From: Tubulanus polymorphus
Lineage: Eukaryota > Animalia > Nemertea
Assembly (NCBI RefSeq): GCF_964204645.1
Contig: NC_134035.1
Location: forward strand, 3,162,001 to 3,226,000
DNA length: 64,000 bases
Direction: 5' to 3'
Shown: positions 27,101-39,011 of the stretch, piece after piece
Numbering within the stretch: the first letter of the stretch is position 1
How the letters are laid out: every line of letters starts with the position of its first letter
Program-made: the position numbers and the translations under genes
Notes under the pieces: model-generated
What the model was told of the DNA's origin: nothing
The model's database searches: none
The model's input: the letters and a program-made list of their open reading frames with translations, nothing else

Positions 27101-30100
27101 CAGCACCGACAACAACTTCAGGATTATCTGCGAATAAAAGATCGACGGAACGGAATTAGATCGACTTCGATTTTAGGTATTTCGGATTGGACTTATTCAT
27201 TCCCCAAACAAACAGACAAAATGTTCAGTCTTTATTTTGTGGTAACACCTTGTAAACCATTGATCATAATTTTTTTTGGCCCTAATAATTTATTCTTATA
27301 TTCACCCTTGCATATAATGCCCCTTAGGCACTTTGCTTGGTAAATCATGTATTTATGTTCGCTTTTGTTTCTTTTTTGTAAATAAAGATGAATGGTTAAA
27401 AAAATCCTTTTGTAAACTGATAACGTCTAAAACCAGGGCCCAGCTTCACACATGATCAAGGCCTAAATTGATTTAAGATAAACTGAATTAACTATGAATT
27501 TAAACCGATTTTAAAGTTAAGCCTTTTTGTGAAAATGGGCCCAGGAACTTAGGAACAACATTGCATTTACTAAGGCCCTTCGAAATTAAAAATAAAAAGG
27601 TTCTGCCCTTCATGATGCATCTGAAAACTGCGGCCTCAATTACCTGCGCCACTTTTGTGCGATATTCGATCTTATCCGGTACCTTCACACATAAATGCTG
27701 TATCAGTGCACGACTGCTGGTGTGAATATTGGCAGACGCTTTATGATTATCTAACAAGAAACTGAAATATTGAAAAATGCATGATTATGAAACATCATCA
27801 TCTCGATTACACCGGAAATTTTTTAAATCAATTGAAGCATTTGACCAGTTTGTTAAGGAGTAGTTGGAGTTAACCAGTGAATAAATGACAATTAAAAGTT
27901 CATTGTTACTGTGGTATTTATCAACCGGTTACCTTTAACTAACTTTTGAGCAACTGGCCCCAGAACTGTTGAACAGGGGCCAGTTGCTCAAAGGTTGGTT
28001 ACATTTAACCAGTAGATAGTTGACATAGTGACAATTAAAAATTCATTGTTACTATGGAATTCATCCACCGGTTACATTTAACGTAACTTTTGAGCAACTG
28101 ACTCCAGAACTGTTGAACAGGGGCCAGTTGTTCAAAGGTTGGTTGTAACAGTTAACCAGTGGATAAATGACATAGTGACAATCAAAAGTTCATTGTTACT
28201 ATGGAATTCATCCACCGGTTACCTTTAACTTAACTTTTGAGCAACTGGCTCCAGAACCTGAAGGTTGGTTGTAACAGTTAACCAGTGGATAAATGACATA
28301 GTGACAGTCAAAAGTTCATTGTTACTATGGAATTCATCCACCGGTTACCTTTAACTTAACTTTTGAGCAACTGGCTCCAGAACCTGAAGGTTGGTTGTAA
28401 CAGTTAACCAGTGGATAAATGTCATAGTGACAGTCAAAAGTTTGTTGTTACTATGGAATTCATCCATCTGTCTCCGTTAACTAACTTATGAGCAACTTGC
28501 TCGTACAGAGCTACGACCAGTCATCGGTATTTTACGTGTACGACTTACGTGATGAACGCGAGAGTCTGATCTCTAATAGCTAATACAGGCGACGGTATGG
28601 CAGACGTACACAGTTTACCGTCCGACGAAATCATCAACAAACTCGGTAATAAATGCTGAAACAGCTGTAAATAGAAATAACAAGACTTTGTTACCAACTG
28701 ATTAGGGGTATGCTTCAAAATTATAAAAATATCTGCTGGTAGAATTTGAATCAGGGTTTGTTCTATTATTATCGTCACTTATTGGTGCACTGGGAAAATA
28801 TAAATTCAGATGCACTGTTGTAAACTTAAAATTCTGAGTTCAAATTTGTTCATTTTCAATAAAGTTAAGTCTGAGCGCAGAACAATTTAACTGGATCCTG
28901 AATTGATATTTACCTCATTCCAGAATTTGAGTTTGTTTTGTTTTTTTTTGGGGGGGGGGGGCTATTCAAGTTCAAAATTTATCAGTATATACTTTCAAGG
29001 AGTTTTACAATACACAATGCATGTAAGTTTTCAATTTAGGAGGTTGTGGTATGAACTCTATGCATAATTGGAGATTTTACCTTGCGAATAGTAACTGCCG
29101 GGTCTCGGTGGTTTGGATTACAAAGAAGGTTCAGTCCCTGTAAAATGAAACAAAAAATATATATGGCTTCATCTAATCCATTCCCATATGCCTAGAGAAT
29201 GTCTAATGATAATTTACAAAGTTTTAACATTTCAATAATCTGAATGAATTATCCTCAAAAATTCTTTAGTTATATTTTAATAATCCAAATGGACATCTTA
29301 AAACCAAAAACACTTCAAAAATATTTCATTTTGTACTAAAACCATGATTATAAATGGAATTATCACCAAATTTTCCTATTACTAAAACAATTAATGTTTT
29401 AATGAGATCTAAAATAGATTATCGTTCACAAGAACTGGCAATAAATGACTAACTAACGATCTACCGGTACTAATCTAGCGCTGTCAACTAATTAAGCAGT
29501 GCTTACAATAAACTAGCCATGACAGACCGCATGACTGACCATTGATCTGTTAAAAACAAGCCCAGATCGCGCCACAGTTAACAGTGTTTATAAACACATA
29601 GTACAACTCAACAGATCAACACATGTACTATAACGAACGCAGAAACTGAAGCTAAAAAGGGTTTGTACCATTTATATTCTTTGTGATTTCGATACCTTAT
29701 ATCCAAACTTCTATGCCAACTAAATGATGTATGGGCTTATCATTCACTTGAGGCAGTAGTGAAAACTAATTGTTATCAAATTCACTAAAGACAGTACTTA
29801 GTGACAGTTTATGGAAACAAAGTAATACTAGGGCCGAGATTACAAAAAAAACTGCCTGTTAATTGAAGATTTCAAAAATTTAAAGTGACGATGATTCTTA
29901 ATGAGAGTTTGAAACGTGTTTTTTGACAAATAAATCTCTTTTAACTTTGGGCCCATAGTGGGTTTAAAACTTATCAAATACTAGGCATATTACAGTACAA
30001 AAACCATGAGAAAATATTATTTCTAATATTCCGTAGCTTTTTCTTAGTAGCATCAGGTGCGCACTGAAAATTGTTCCAAGCCTTGAAAAAATAATTACTA

Positions 30101-33100
30101 TAATTCCGTAATTTTTCCAGGATTTCGAGGACAACAGTTCAAACCGCGGTCTAAGTTTAAGAGAAAAGTAAAACCGGAAGAAAGCAGAAGTAATCTCGAC
30201 TATGACTGAAAAAATCGTCGATCCGTTAAACGACTCGAATCTACTGGAAATCGCTCGGCTCCTGAAACACTGGCACCTGCTCGCCGAACAGAAACTCGGC
30301 TTCACGGCGAAACAAATCCAAACGTTCAACACGCAATTGTCAACGGACGACGAACGCGGGCACCGGTTACTGGCCGAGTGGTGCAAACGCAATCGCAAAC
30401 TGAAACTGAACGACCGCGCCGCGCGGTTGGAGAGTCACTTAGACGCGCGCGGCGAAGAGAAAGCCGCCGAAAGTTTGAGAGAATTCGTTAACGCGAAGTC
30501 GGCCGCCGACAGAGAACTGTTGAACGATTCGCATCTCAGGTTCGTAAAGTGAACAGATGATATTTCGATATCTCTACGTTAACTATCAATGAAGCAAATG
30601 ACAACAGCGACGAACAAACACATAGGGAACAAGGTGGCTTTGGCAAGTTCACTTCTTAAAAGCTTTTAAGCAGGGCTGTACTTCGAGGAGGCAGTTAGCC
30701 CACAAAAATGTTCATAATGGAGTGAAGACTTTTTTGTCCTTTTTCCATCTGCTGGCCATCTCTTATGAAATATCATTGTTATATTCGATAGAAATTTAAT
30801 GTAGAATCTTTCACATGGGACTGCATGACGAGCACTTACTTCGTTATAGGCCTGAGGAGTTTTTTATTATAGGAGCTTAAAGAAGAATCGTTTGACTTTA
30901 GGTAAGGGGCGAAGACATCTTAAAAAGGGCAGTTATAGTAACTTTCCCATTAACATTGTTCCCACAGTTATATGAATTCAAAATTCCCAAGTATTTCATG
31001 GGTGATTTTCAATTTTCCCAAATGGAAATGAACACATATCGTCATGCTACAGTCAACATTTTAGCAGTGACTGGTTGATAAAGGTGATTTTCAAGGGAAA
31101 TTGCTGAAAAAATTTGCCCTTGGCAAATGCTTCTAAATTGCAAATATTGCAAATATTTCCAAACCGGGAATTATCATTTCAAAATTGCCAAGTTTTTCCC
31201 AATTTCCCTGTTCTGTGGGAACCATGTTATTAAGGTTTCTCTGCCCCCCTCCTCTAAGATTCAAATGCTAGGTACAACTTAGGTAAGGAGTTGAGAATTA
31301 ATCGTTCAATTTTCACACGTCTCCGTAGGTTTCTTGCCACGACGATCAACGACTGGAAACTGGTCGGCAAAAAACTGGGCGTACCGGACGACCGGCTGAA
31401 GAAACTCGGTGCGAAAGTACTCGGGCGAAAATCGGTGCCGTATGAAATGCTGTCGCAGTGGTACGCGACGTATAGCCCACAGTCGATGGAGCGCAAAGTG
31501 GACGCGTTGGTGAACGGATTGTTGGAGGCCGGAGAAACAATACTCGTCGACGACGTACGCGAACGACAACGGATATGGCTCGGATGCGTGTAGCAGCTGT
31601 AACGATTCACAGACACAAATTAACCCTTTCAATGCTGATGGCGTTTCAACCAGTCGACGGTCAGCCAGCCAGTCAAGCCTATTATAAACATGTAACTTCT
31701 GAACTGTATGTACAGTGCTAAAGGCTACAAATTTGAATATGGCTCGGATACTTGTAGCAGCTGCAACGATTTACATACACAAATTAACCCTTTCAATGTT
31801 GATGGCGTTTCAACCAGACGGTCAGCCAGTCAGTCAAGCCTATTATAAACATATAACCTCCGAACTGTATGTACAATGCTAAAGACTACATATTTGAATA
31901 TGGCTCCGATACTCGTAGCAAAATTATGACGATGTATTGACTCAAATCAACCCTTTCAATGCTTATCATGTTTTTACCGGCGGTCAGTCAGTCAGTCAAG
32001 CCTTTTTGAACACTTGAACTACACGGTGCTAAAGGCTACGAATTCGAATACGGTTGGGATACTTGTAGCAAAATTATGACATCGATTGACACAAATTGAC
32101 CATCTCAATATCGAGACTGTTGGAAACAACCTTTTTTACGTGGAAATGTAGAGCGCTTAAGGCTATTTGAATATACAGCTAGGATACTTGTAGCATCTAT
32201 AATAACAAACGACGCATTGACACAAATTAACTCTTTCATTTAGGCCTACCGCACCTGTCTCTACCAGATGACGGAGAAACAGTCTTCTTTTGCATATATA
32301 ACCTAACGGCGAGAAGACTTTCGTATTTGAATATAGCTCGGATGCGTGCGGCAACTACGAATAACTATGGATCGACACAAAAAATCCTTTGATTACGGCA
32401 CCTGTCTCTACCAGGCAGTGGGTACAGTTTCTTTTTTACTGTACAATGCTGATATGAATGTATTTTGTTAACTTACCGTATAAGCCAGCTCTGTGATGTT
32501 GTTACTCTGTTTGAAATCACTGCAAAAATCATAAATATGCATAAAATATTCACTGTTTTGTATTGAAAATAAATATATATATCATAAATTTTCTATAAGT
32601 GAATACATCCGCAGTGAATTGAATGTGGTTCAGCGGAAGGTAATTTTCAAATTCGGGGGAAGTGCCCGCATGACTTTTTTTGTCCCAGTTACTGAAGACT
32701 CCTCCTGAATCTGTACTGTTGGTAAACCATACTCAGTGGTTTTGTAAGCAAATTATTTATCAATCTTTACTCCACCTGAACTTCTAATGTGGTAACCGCA
32801 AGAAAAATCCTAATCCTAACTGTACCGATTGAGGTGTAGTTTACTGTACAACTACTAAAATTTCTAAATCGCATATTTCTCAAAATTGAAGACGTTTTAA
32901 AGGAGTTGTGGGCATTTTGCATTTTTCAAATTGAAGGAGTAGTTTCAACCTCCTTTAAAATAATTTTTCATTAAGGAGATTTTATGGAATCAACAAGTCA
33001 TAGGGACCGTGACAGTTTAATATAACGTGGTGAACTAAAATGTGGTAAAAATGTCGGACTTACTCGTTGTCGTTCCAGTTGAAATCCGAACGGAACGTCT

Positions 33101-36100
33101 TTGGCTCGAGTCGCGTTAATTGAACCAGCGTTCGTAACGTTAGCTGCAGCGATTCCTCGCTCGATTTCAACGAAAACACTTTCAACAGCAGCAGCTCGTC
33201 CTTCAAAAACAGAGAAAACAAAACCACAGTTACGAAAAGAGAACTTCATTACATTCCCACTGTTTCCACAGTAAGCGGAGGAATAATAATTGTACAACTT
33301 TGATAATTCATGCCATCGACAGAACATATTTGTAATTAATCGCCAAAAACATAGTAAAGTAGGGCATCATCTTTCGTTTCAAGCTAAATGAAGGTCTGAT
33401 CATTTCACTAAATGGTCGAGACCCTTTATGCACATCACTGCAGAGCTGATCCCTAGCGGTGTCAGACCAGGTTATAGTATCAATTCTGCATGCTGTACAG
33501 AATCTTATTTCTGTAATAACCTAAATATTTCGAACGAACAAAAACACCAACCTTAAACAGTGAAGTAAGATGTGTACGGAGAACTTGTTTTTCCTGATTG
33601 GATAAATCTTGTAGTTCGTTATCATTGTCTTCACCTTCTTCAACACTCTGTGAAATTAAATCCACAGCATCGATTACAATAAAAGTCTCTGCGCCTTTTA
33701 CGCTCAATAGTGTTGCAACGTCGTAAATTTTTCACCGAGTTGAGAATCAGGGAAAGGATGAGTTTCAGAAAATTCATTGAGTTGACCAGTACTGAGTAAG
33801 GAGACCATTGTTTAGGGTAGACTCAACATTACTGATTAGCTAGCGTTGGGACTGTAAATACTTCACTGCGTCGAGAATAAGGCAAATATCTTTTTTAAGG
33901 TTCCAAACAGATTTTACTAAAATTCATTGCGGTTGACCGGTAAAGAACAGTGTACTGTACCTAACAAAGCATCCAAGGGATAATAGAGATAAAATTCTAA
34001 GGAAAAAAACAATTTGTGGGCTTTTCCTCACCAAAAACAATTTGCTCACTTTCCGGGGCCAACAAATTTGAGTCGATATGAATGATACAATTCTGATTCT
34101 CATCAATGACGCGACGTACCTGTTCATTGTTGTCTGATGATTCGCTATTCGTACGCGTTCGTTTTCTATTGTTGCGACGACGCGTCTGCTGCGACGCCCA
34201 CGACGACGACTGACTCGAACTCGACGACCGCCTGCGACGATGCTTCTTACCGACGAAATAATCTAAAATTGTAATGAAACTCAAGCAGGTGTTGCTAGGT
34301 GGTTTATCAGACACCAAAAATTCGAATAGCCAAATTTCCAAGAGTCAAAATTCCCTGATTTTTCGCGCAAAGAATCATAAATGCAGAATTCTACGATCTG
34401 TAAGAACCCTAGGACCAGTTGCATAGTCGGTCATCGCTTAGATTTAAGACCGGTCTAAGACCATCTAAGCTCTAAATCTAACACCTTAAGGACCAGTCAT
34501 TCCAAGAATTCAAGGAGTTTTCAATTTCAAATTTCGAGGAGTGTATTCATCACTTTCATATCCCCATTACTGTAGATTCCTCCTAAATCTGTACTAGTTA
34601 TCTCGGTAAACCATTAGATACAGTGGAATCTGTATGTATAAAGCCTATGACTGCTTACTAGACTGAAAACCTAAAAATTGTCTAATAGCCAATTTCTCAA
34701 AATTCAAGGGCCCGGTTTCATAGACTGAGTATCAAAGTAATCCCTAGGGGTAAATCCTCAATCTGGGTGACAACCATCATAGTAACAATGAGAAACCATG
34801 GTTATAACCGACAAATTTCAAAATAATCACAGAGACAATTTTTCTCTCACATCTATGAAACCCAGCCAAGGACTTTTGGGCATTTCGCACAATTTCAAGG
34901 ATATTCAAGGGCCTTGAAAAACATTATTGGTTTGAAAGCAGTTTTCAAGGAATCAAGGAGTCGTAGGGACCACGTCTTTAGACGAGTGAGATACGACTTG
35001 GCAACTTGACCCTGAATGTAGCACCATCTTTTGTGTGTCGCCGATACACTCAGCATTTTGCGCTGATACCTATGATATCATTTGATTATTAACAAAATCA
35101 TCGGACGTACCTGAATCAGTAATCTGTGTTAATATCATCAGTCCGTGCAGCGTGTTCTCGTAAATCATCGGGTGAAATATTTGAAACGCGCCGCTACCCG
35201 GTACAATCACTAAACACGTGTAAATCCTCGCCGCCAGTAGGGCGCGCTGTTTGTCGCAAAACGTCGCTTTCCTCTATATACAAAATAGAGATCAATAGAA
35301 AATAGCAGCAATCGGGTTTAAGGCCATTAAGAATTTAAGATCACACGTTTACAATCTGACATTATTGAAATTGTTCTCGAAAAATTCTGATTAAGATAAA
35401 ATACCTTTGTAAAGGTATTCTATTCTAGTATCAATGAAATTTAGGCCCTGATGAATGACGAAATAGTACAAGCTTAACATTTTTCAAATTCGCAAGTTTG
35501 ACTAGAGCTGTTATAATTGGCCCCCATTTTTCTGAAATTCTAATTATCTGATCTTTCGATTTAAAGAAATCCCACCTAGACCAGTAATTCCAATAAATTA
35601 GGCAAAGCTAACACTAGTGCATGTTCTTCAGCTAAACAGCGTATTCGATGTTTGAATTAATTGGGTTCTACTTTCTAAAACTTTTTGTTGGGTTGCTTTT
35701 AGATAATTCATGTTTTAATGAGGCTTACAACTCAGGTTTTAAGCTTTAAGCTAAAAATGGACTCTGATCTGCTTAGGTAATCGATCAATAACTATTGCAA
35801 TTGGTTATAACTGATTCTTAAGTGTCATTTGATTGGGGAAATGAACTTCAACCTTGAGAAATGAATTCTTTTAGTTATCTTACCTGTACACCCTTGTCGA
35901 TGACATAAGCGAGATACGCGACCAGGCATTTATACGGGATGTTATTCTCAACCAGTATCGGCCAGAAACCTACAAAACATCGCGAAATGAGGTCACTCTA
36001 ATCGAAAAAGTTCTTCTGGGTGTAGGCTTACGGAGAGATGAACTTTCGATCAGGTTGAAACCGTCTGTTGGGAGTTGGATATAAATACATGGCGTGCGTC

Positions 36101-37369
36101 ACTACAAGGTTCCTACAATTCCTGGTATCCAGAATTCAAGGATTTTCAAAATTCAAGGAGGTTTTCGCGGTCATATATAAGGAAAAAAAGTCGAAAATTC
36201 AAAAACAAAATCCCCGTTTTTCTCAGAATTTAAGGAGTTTCAACGAATTTATGGATATTTCTCAAAATTAAAGGATTTTCAAGGACCTTGAAAAATATTT
36301 TCAAAAATCAAGGAGTTTTCAAGGATTCAAGGAGTTGTAGGGACCCTGCACTAACCTGCTGCGTTATTAGGCTCATCATCCGATATCAGATCACCAAGCG
36401 ACGCCCATTTTTTCAAACATTTGACGACTTTTTTCAACGAATCGATCGAACCCTCGTCGAAGTCGGGCGGCAGCGCGCCGAAATCTGTGAAATAGTTCTT
36501 CCATACCGCGTCCACCCAGGCTGGAAATGATAGAATATGATATTATATAAACTATATTTACTTAAATTATTCCCGGTGGTGGAACAGTTGTGGCTTATAT
36601 CTAGAAGTGGTCTTAAAAATCTTAAGAATGGTTTTAGTAGGTAGATTGGTTATAACTTATAGGCTCCTAGAAATAACATATCCTTCCTTCCTTAGATTGG
36701 TGTCAATCTAAGCCCAGGCTATCCAAAGGCCCAGGCTATCCAAAGGCCTAGCCCCTTTAATCCAGTTGAGTTACTGATGTGAGATGTCATTCCTATGTAA
36801 CTTGTGTATTATATGGAGCAATAAAATTAAAGTTCAAGTTCAAGTTCAAGTTCAAGTATGATGTCCAAAAATGATCTAAGATTTTAAGACTAGTCTTTAA
36901 CTTCAAGTCAAGATGCTAGATAGGCTATAAAACTGAATCTGAGATGGAAGACTGACTGGCTTGTAATTTCAAGCCTCAGCACAAATAAACCCCTGCCATT
37001 GAAAATTGATGCAGTGACTGTCAGTGACATTGTTGAAATTGTCGGGTCAAATTCGTTTTATTTCTTGGACTTGGTCACCAAGGTACTAGGTGCCCCTCTG
37101 CTCTGTCTCTGACAAGTTAGTGACCTAAATCATTAGCTTGTCAAGTAAAGATATTCATAATGCTGACGAACATTGTCAGATGATTAATTATGAGATAAAT
37201 TGAACGAACTAGTGGTCTGGTCTGGTAGTGGTATAGTAGTAGCACACCAGGCAGACGTCAGACGACGGTAGGGTAAAACTTTTCTTTTGCTCTCACTCAA
37301 AAAAGTCTCACCTTCTTGAAGATTGTTCAGATTCAGCTGCTTCAAACAGCTAACCGTCTCTTTATCCAT
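12727..37369 (-). CDS. NCAPD3: Condensin-2 complex subunit D3
   Basis: About 39 GT-AG coding exons, from ATG 37369 (exon 1 37312-37369, [19 protein letters not shown]; exon 2 [14 protein letters not shown]) to TGA 12727-12729. Recognisable segments: [144 protein letters not shown] and C-terminal RAISTP. Confidence 0.95.
13608..13738. mobile_element. ~125-bp MITE, family B (GGGGCCAGTTGCTCAAAAGTTGGTT...AACCAACTTTTGAGCAACTGGCCCC)
   Basis: Terminal inverted repeats. Other copies at ~17346-17470, 26150-26277, 27840-28500 (tandem), 42010-42128 and 46240-46345. Confidence 0.8.
16151..16517. mobile_element. Non-autonomous DNA element with CAGGGTCCCTAC / GTAGGGACCCTG termini
   Basis: Imperfect terminal inverted repeats and internal AAGGAGTTTT motifs. 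Related copies at ~36105-36349 and 56791-57232, with partial ends near 33000 and 34965. Confidence 0.65.
19735..19846. ncRNA. Palindromic pair of degenerate minimal hammerhead motifs (Penelope-like remnant)
   Basis: Plus arm TTGATGA-T-GGCTAA-tagtct-TTAGCT-GAAAC-GTA. Minus arm CTGACAA-T-GGCTAA..CC-GAAAC-GTT. Arms of ~52 bp are inverted. Confidence 0.6.
22052..22225. mobile_element. Short Penelope-like element (inverted pLTR fragment plus hammerhead), same family as 58388-59213
   Basis: Shares ATATCCGTGTTGACGCGATG and GAGAGAATCCCACAAT with the 58.4-kb copy. Arms 22071-22113 and 22183-22225 are inverted. Flanked by AACTTTCCCTGTG direct repeats. Confidence 0.8.
22119..22164 (+). ncRNA. Minimal type I hammerhead ribozyme motif
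   Basis: TTATTC-CTGAAGA-T-AACTAT-taggat-ATAGTC-GAAAC-GTT-GAATAA. 6-bp stem I, CUGANGA and GAAA boxes, palindromic ACGT stem III. G10.1 is changed to A relative to the 59105 copy. Confidence 0.75.
24110..24166. repeat. (AAT)n microsatellite
   Basis: Direct reading. Similar tracts at 38973-39010 and 39517-39558. Confidence 0.95.
27840..28500. repeat. Head-to-tail tandem array of ~5 family-B MITE copies
   Basis: ~125-140-bp units GTTAACCAGTGGATAAATGACATAGTGACA...CTTTTGAGCAACTGGCTCCAGAAC. Confidence 0.85.
30202..31593 (+). CDS. Small tandem death-domain protein (~220 aa), nested antisense in an NCAPD3 intron
   Basis: Exon A 30202-30539 (ATG preceded by an in-frame stop; [32 protein letters not shown]), donor AG|GTTCGT in phase 2. 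Exon B 31272-31593 after tgctAG ([32 protein letters not shown]). Both fit the death-domain pattern W..La..LG.....I......mL..W and have the CpG-rich exon composition. Confidence 0.75.
31573..32412 (+). repeat. Degenerate ~160-bp tandem repeat of the death-domain gene's stop codon and 3'UTR
   Basis: Units start ATATGGCTCGGAT-like at 31573, 31737, 31898, 32048, 32171 and 32331. Confidence 0.8.
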
Positions 37370-37824
37370 GTTGTTCGCGTCAACTCTAATCGACGAGCTA
37401 ACTATAAAACAGGGCGTCGAAAAGGGAAATTTGACGTTAGGAAATCCCTTGAAAAGCTTCAAAACTGGCGGTCAGTGTCGAGGTCAGATACGTGCTGAAC
37501 GAAAAGCAGAAAAGCAGGCTAAGGGGGCAGCACCTTACGGTGGCCTGAGGTCACAATTCCATTTTCAACGAATGCAGTGTCAATGAAATAGAATGATTAC
37601 GATATAAGAGAATATCAAATAAAAGGAGTGATAAATCTATAGACGATCATAACTCATTGATTAGGATGCGTTTCCATCCGAAAGTTACTTTTTGAAAAAT
37701 TCTACCCTGGCAAGCGATGGTGACAAACTCTGGCACGCGAAAATAGGAACTCGTGGCATGCGAGGTTCACCGTTTCGATCGGAACCGTGCGGAACTTCGA
37801 CGGGTTGAAGTTCCGCAATTGAAA
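37370..37824. promoter_or_regulatory. Putative bidirectional promoter NCAPD3/PDHX
   Basis: Divergent start codons 455 bp apart. CpG-rich, with a YY1-like AAAATGGCG overlapping the PDHX ATG. Confidence 0.65.
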
Positions 37825-38980
37825 ATGGCGACGTCCCTGCTTCGCTCTTGGGGTCGTTTTAGACTTATCTTGGGCAGCAATATAGGACGATCGGCCGCAA
37901 CTAGACGCGTGATTCCCGCTGTTAACCCGACAAGGCTATTTAGCAAATCATGTCGTTTAGGTAAGACGGCTGACAAGTCAAGATCTGATCCGGAAAACCG
38001 GCTCGAATCGGCCGAAATGTCACCGAAAATTCAATTCAAAACAATTAAATTATATTTTCCGAAACCGCCCAACAACTAGGACCTTTTTCTCTATTCTTTT
38101 GTTGCGTGAACGTTTCTTTCCAGAGATTTTTGAGTAATGCATACAATTGGTGTATAGGCTGAACAGGATAGGCCTACCCAAACCCTCCTGCCCCAGTTCA
38201 GCGCTGCTGCAGAAGCTCAGGCGATCATAACCCTGACCCTGTCATCCACCCTGCCCTCCAGTGCCATATAATGTTTTGGTCAGTGATTTAGTCAATAATC
38301 GCTAGACCTTAACTTATGATGCCAAAGTTTATGGCTCTAATGAAAGGACAATCAGTTTGCGCCCAGCTGGGTCAGGAGGGTTTGGGTAGGCCTATCCTGT
38401 TTAGCCTATACACCAATTGCAGACCAAAAAGGTCTTAGTTGTTGGGTGTCCTCAGCGCTGTTATGAAGGATGTATTCGAAAACAAGTTTCTAATTCATTG
38501 ACCCTTTCTTCGTTTGTTTAATAGATGTAGAAGGTATAAAGTTAGTGATGCCGGCGTTATCACCGACTATGACTGAAGGAACTATAGTAAAATGGCACAA
38601 AAAAGAAGGTGAGTGGTTCGGGTTCTTCAGATGAAAAATACAATGTTACCTTGTTTCTCCCAATCGTCCGGGACATTTTGTAAACCGCGGTTAAATTTGT
38701 AATCAGTTTATTTCTATAACTGCCAGGTCTGTTACGATTAGCTTGATCATGATTTTTAAAAAAATGTACAGGTATTTCGATAGGCAATGAATGAATGAAT
38801 GATTTATTTACTTATAATATGTACAAGATTATAAACATAGTTTCTTTGGATATGATTGCATAGATAAATAGACATATATAAGAAGGACAACCCCGAGCCC
38901 TTGGAGCTGAGCCTGATAGGGGGATTGCCCTGAGAAAAAAAAAAAAAACTAAGTGATAGATACATATAAAGATAATAATG

Positions 38981-39011
<31 letters not shown>

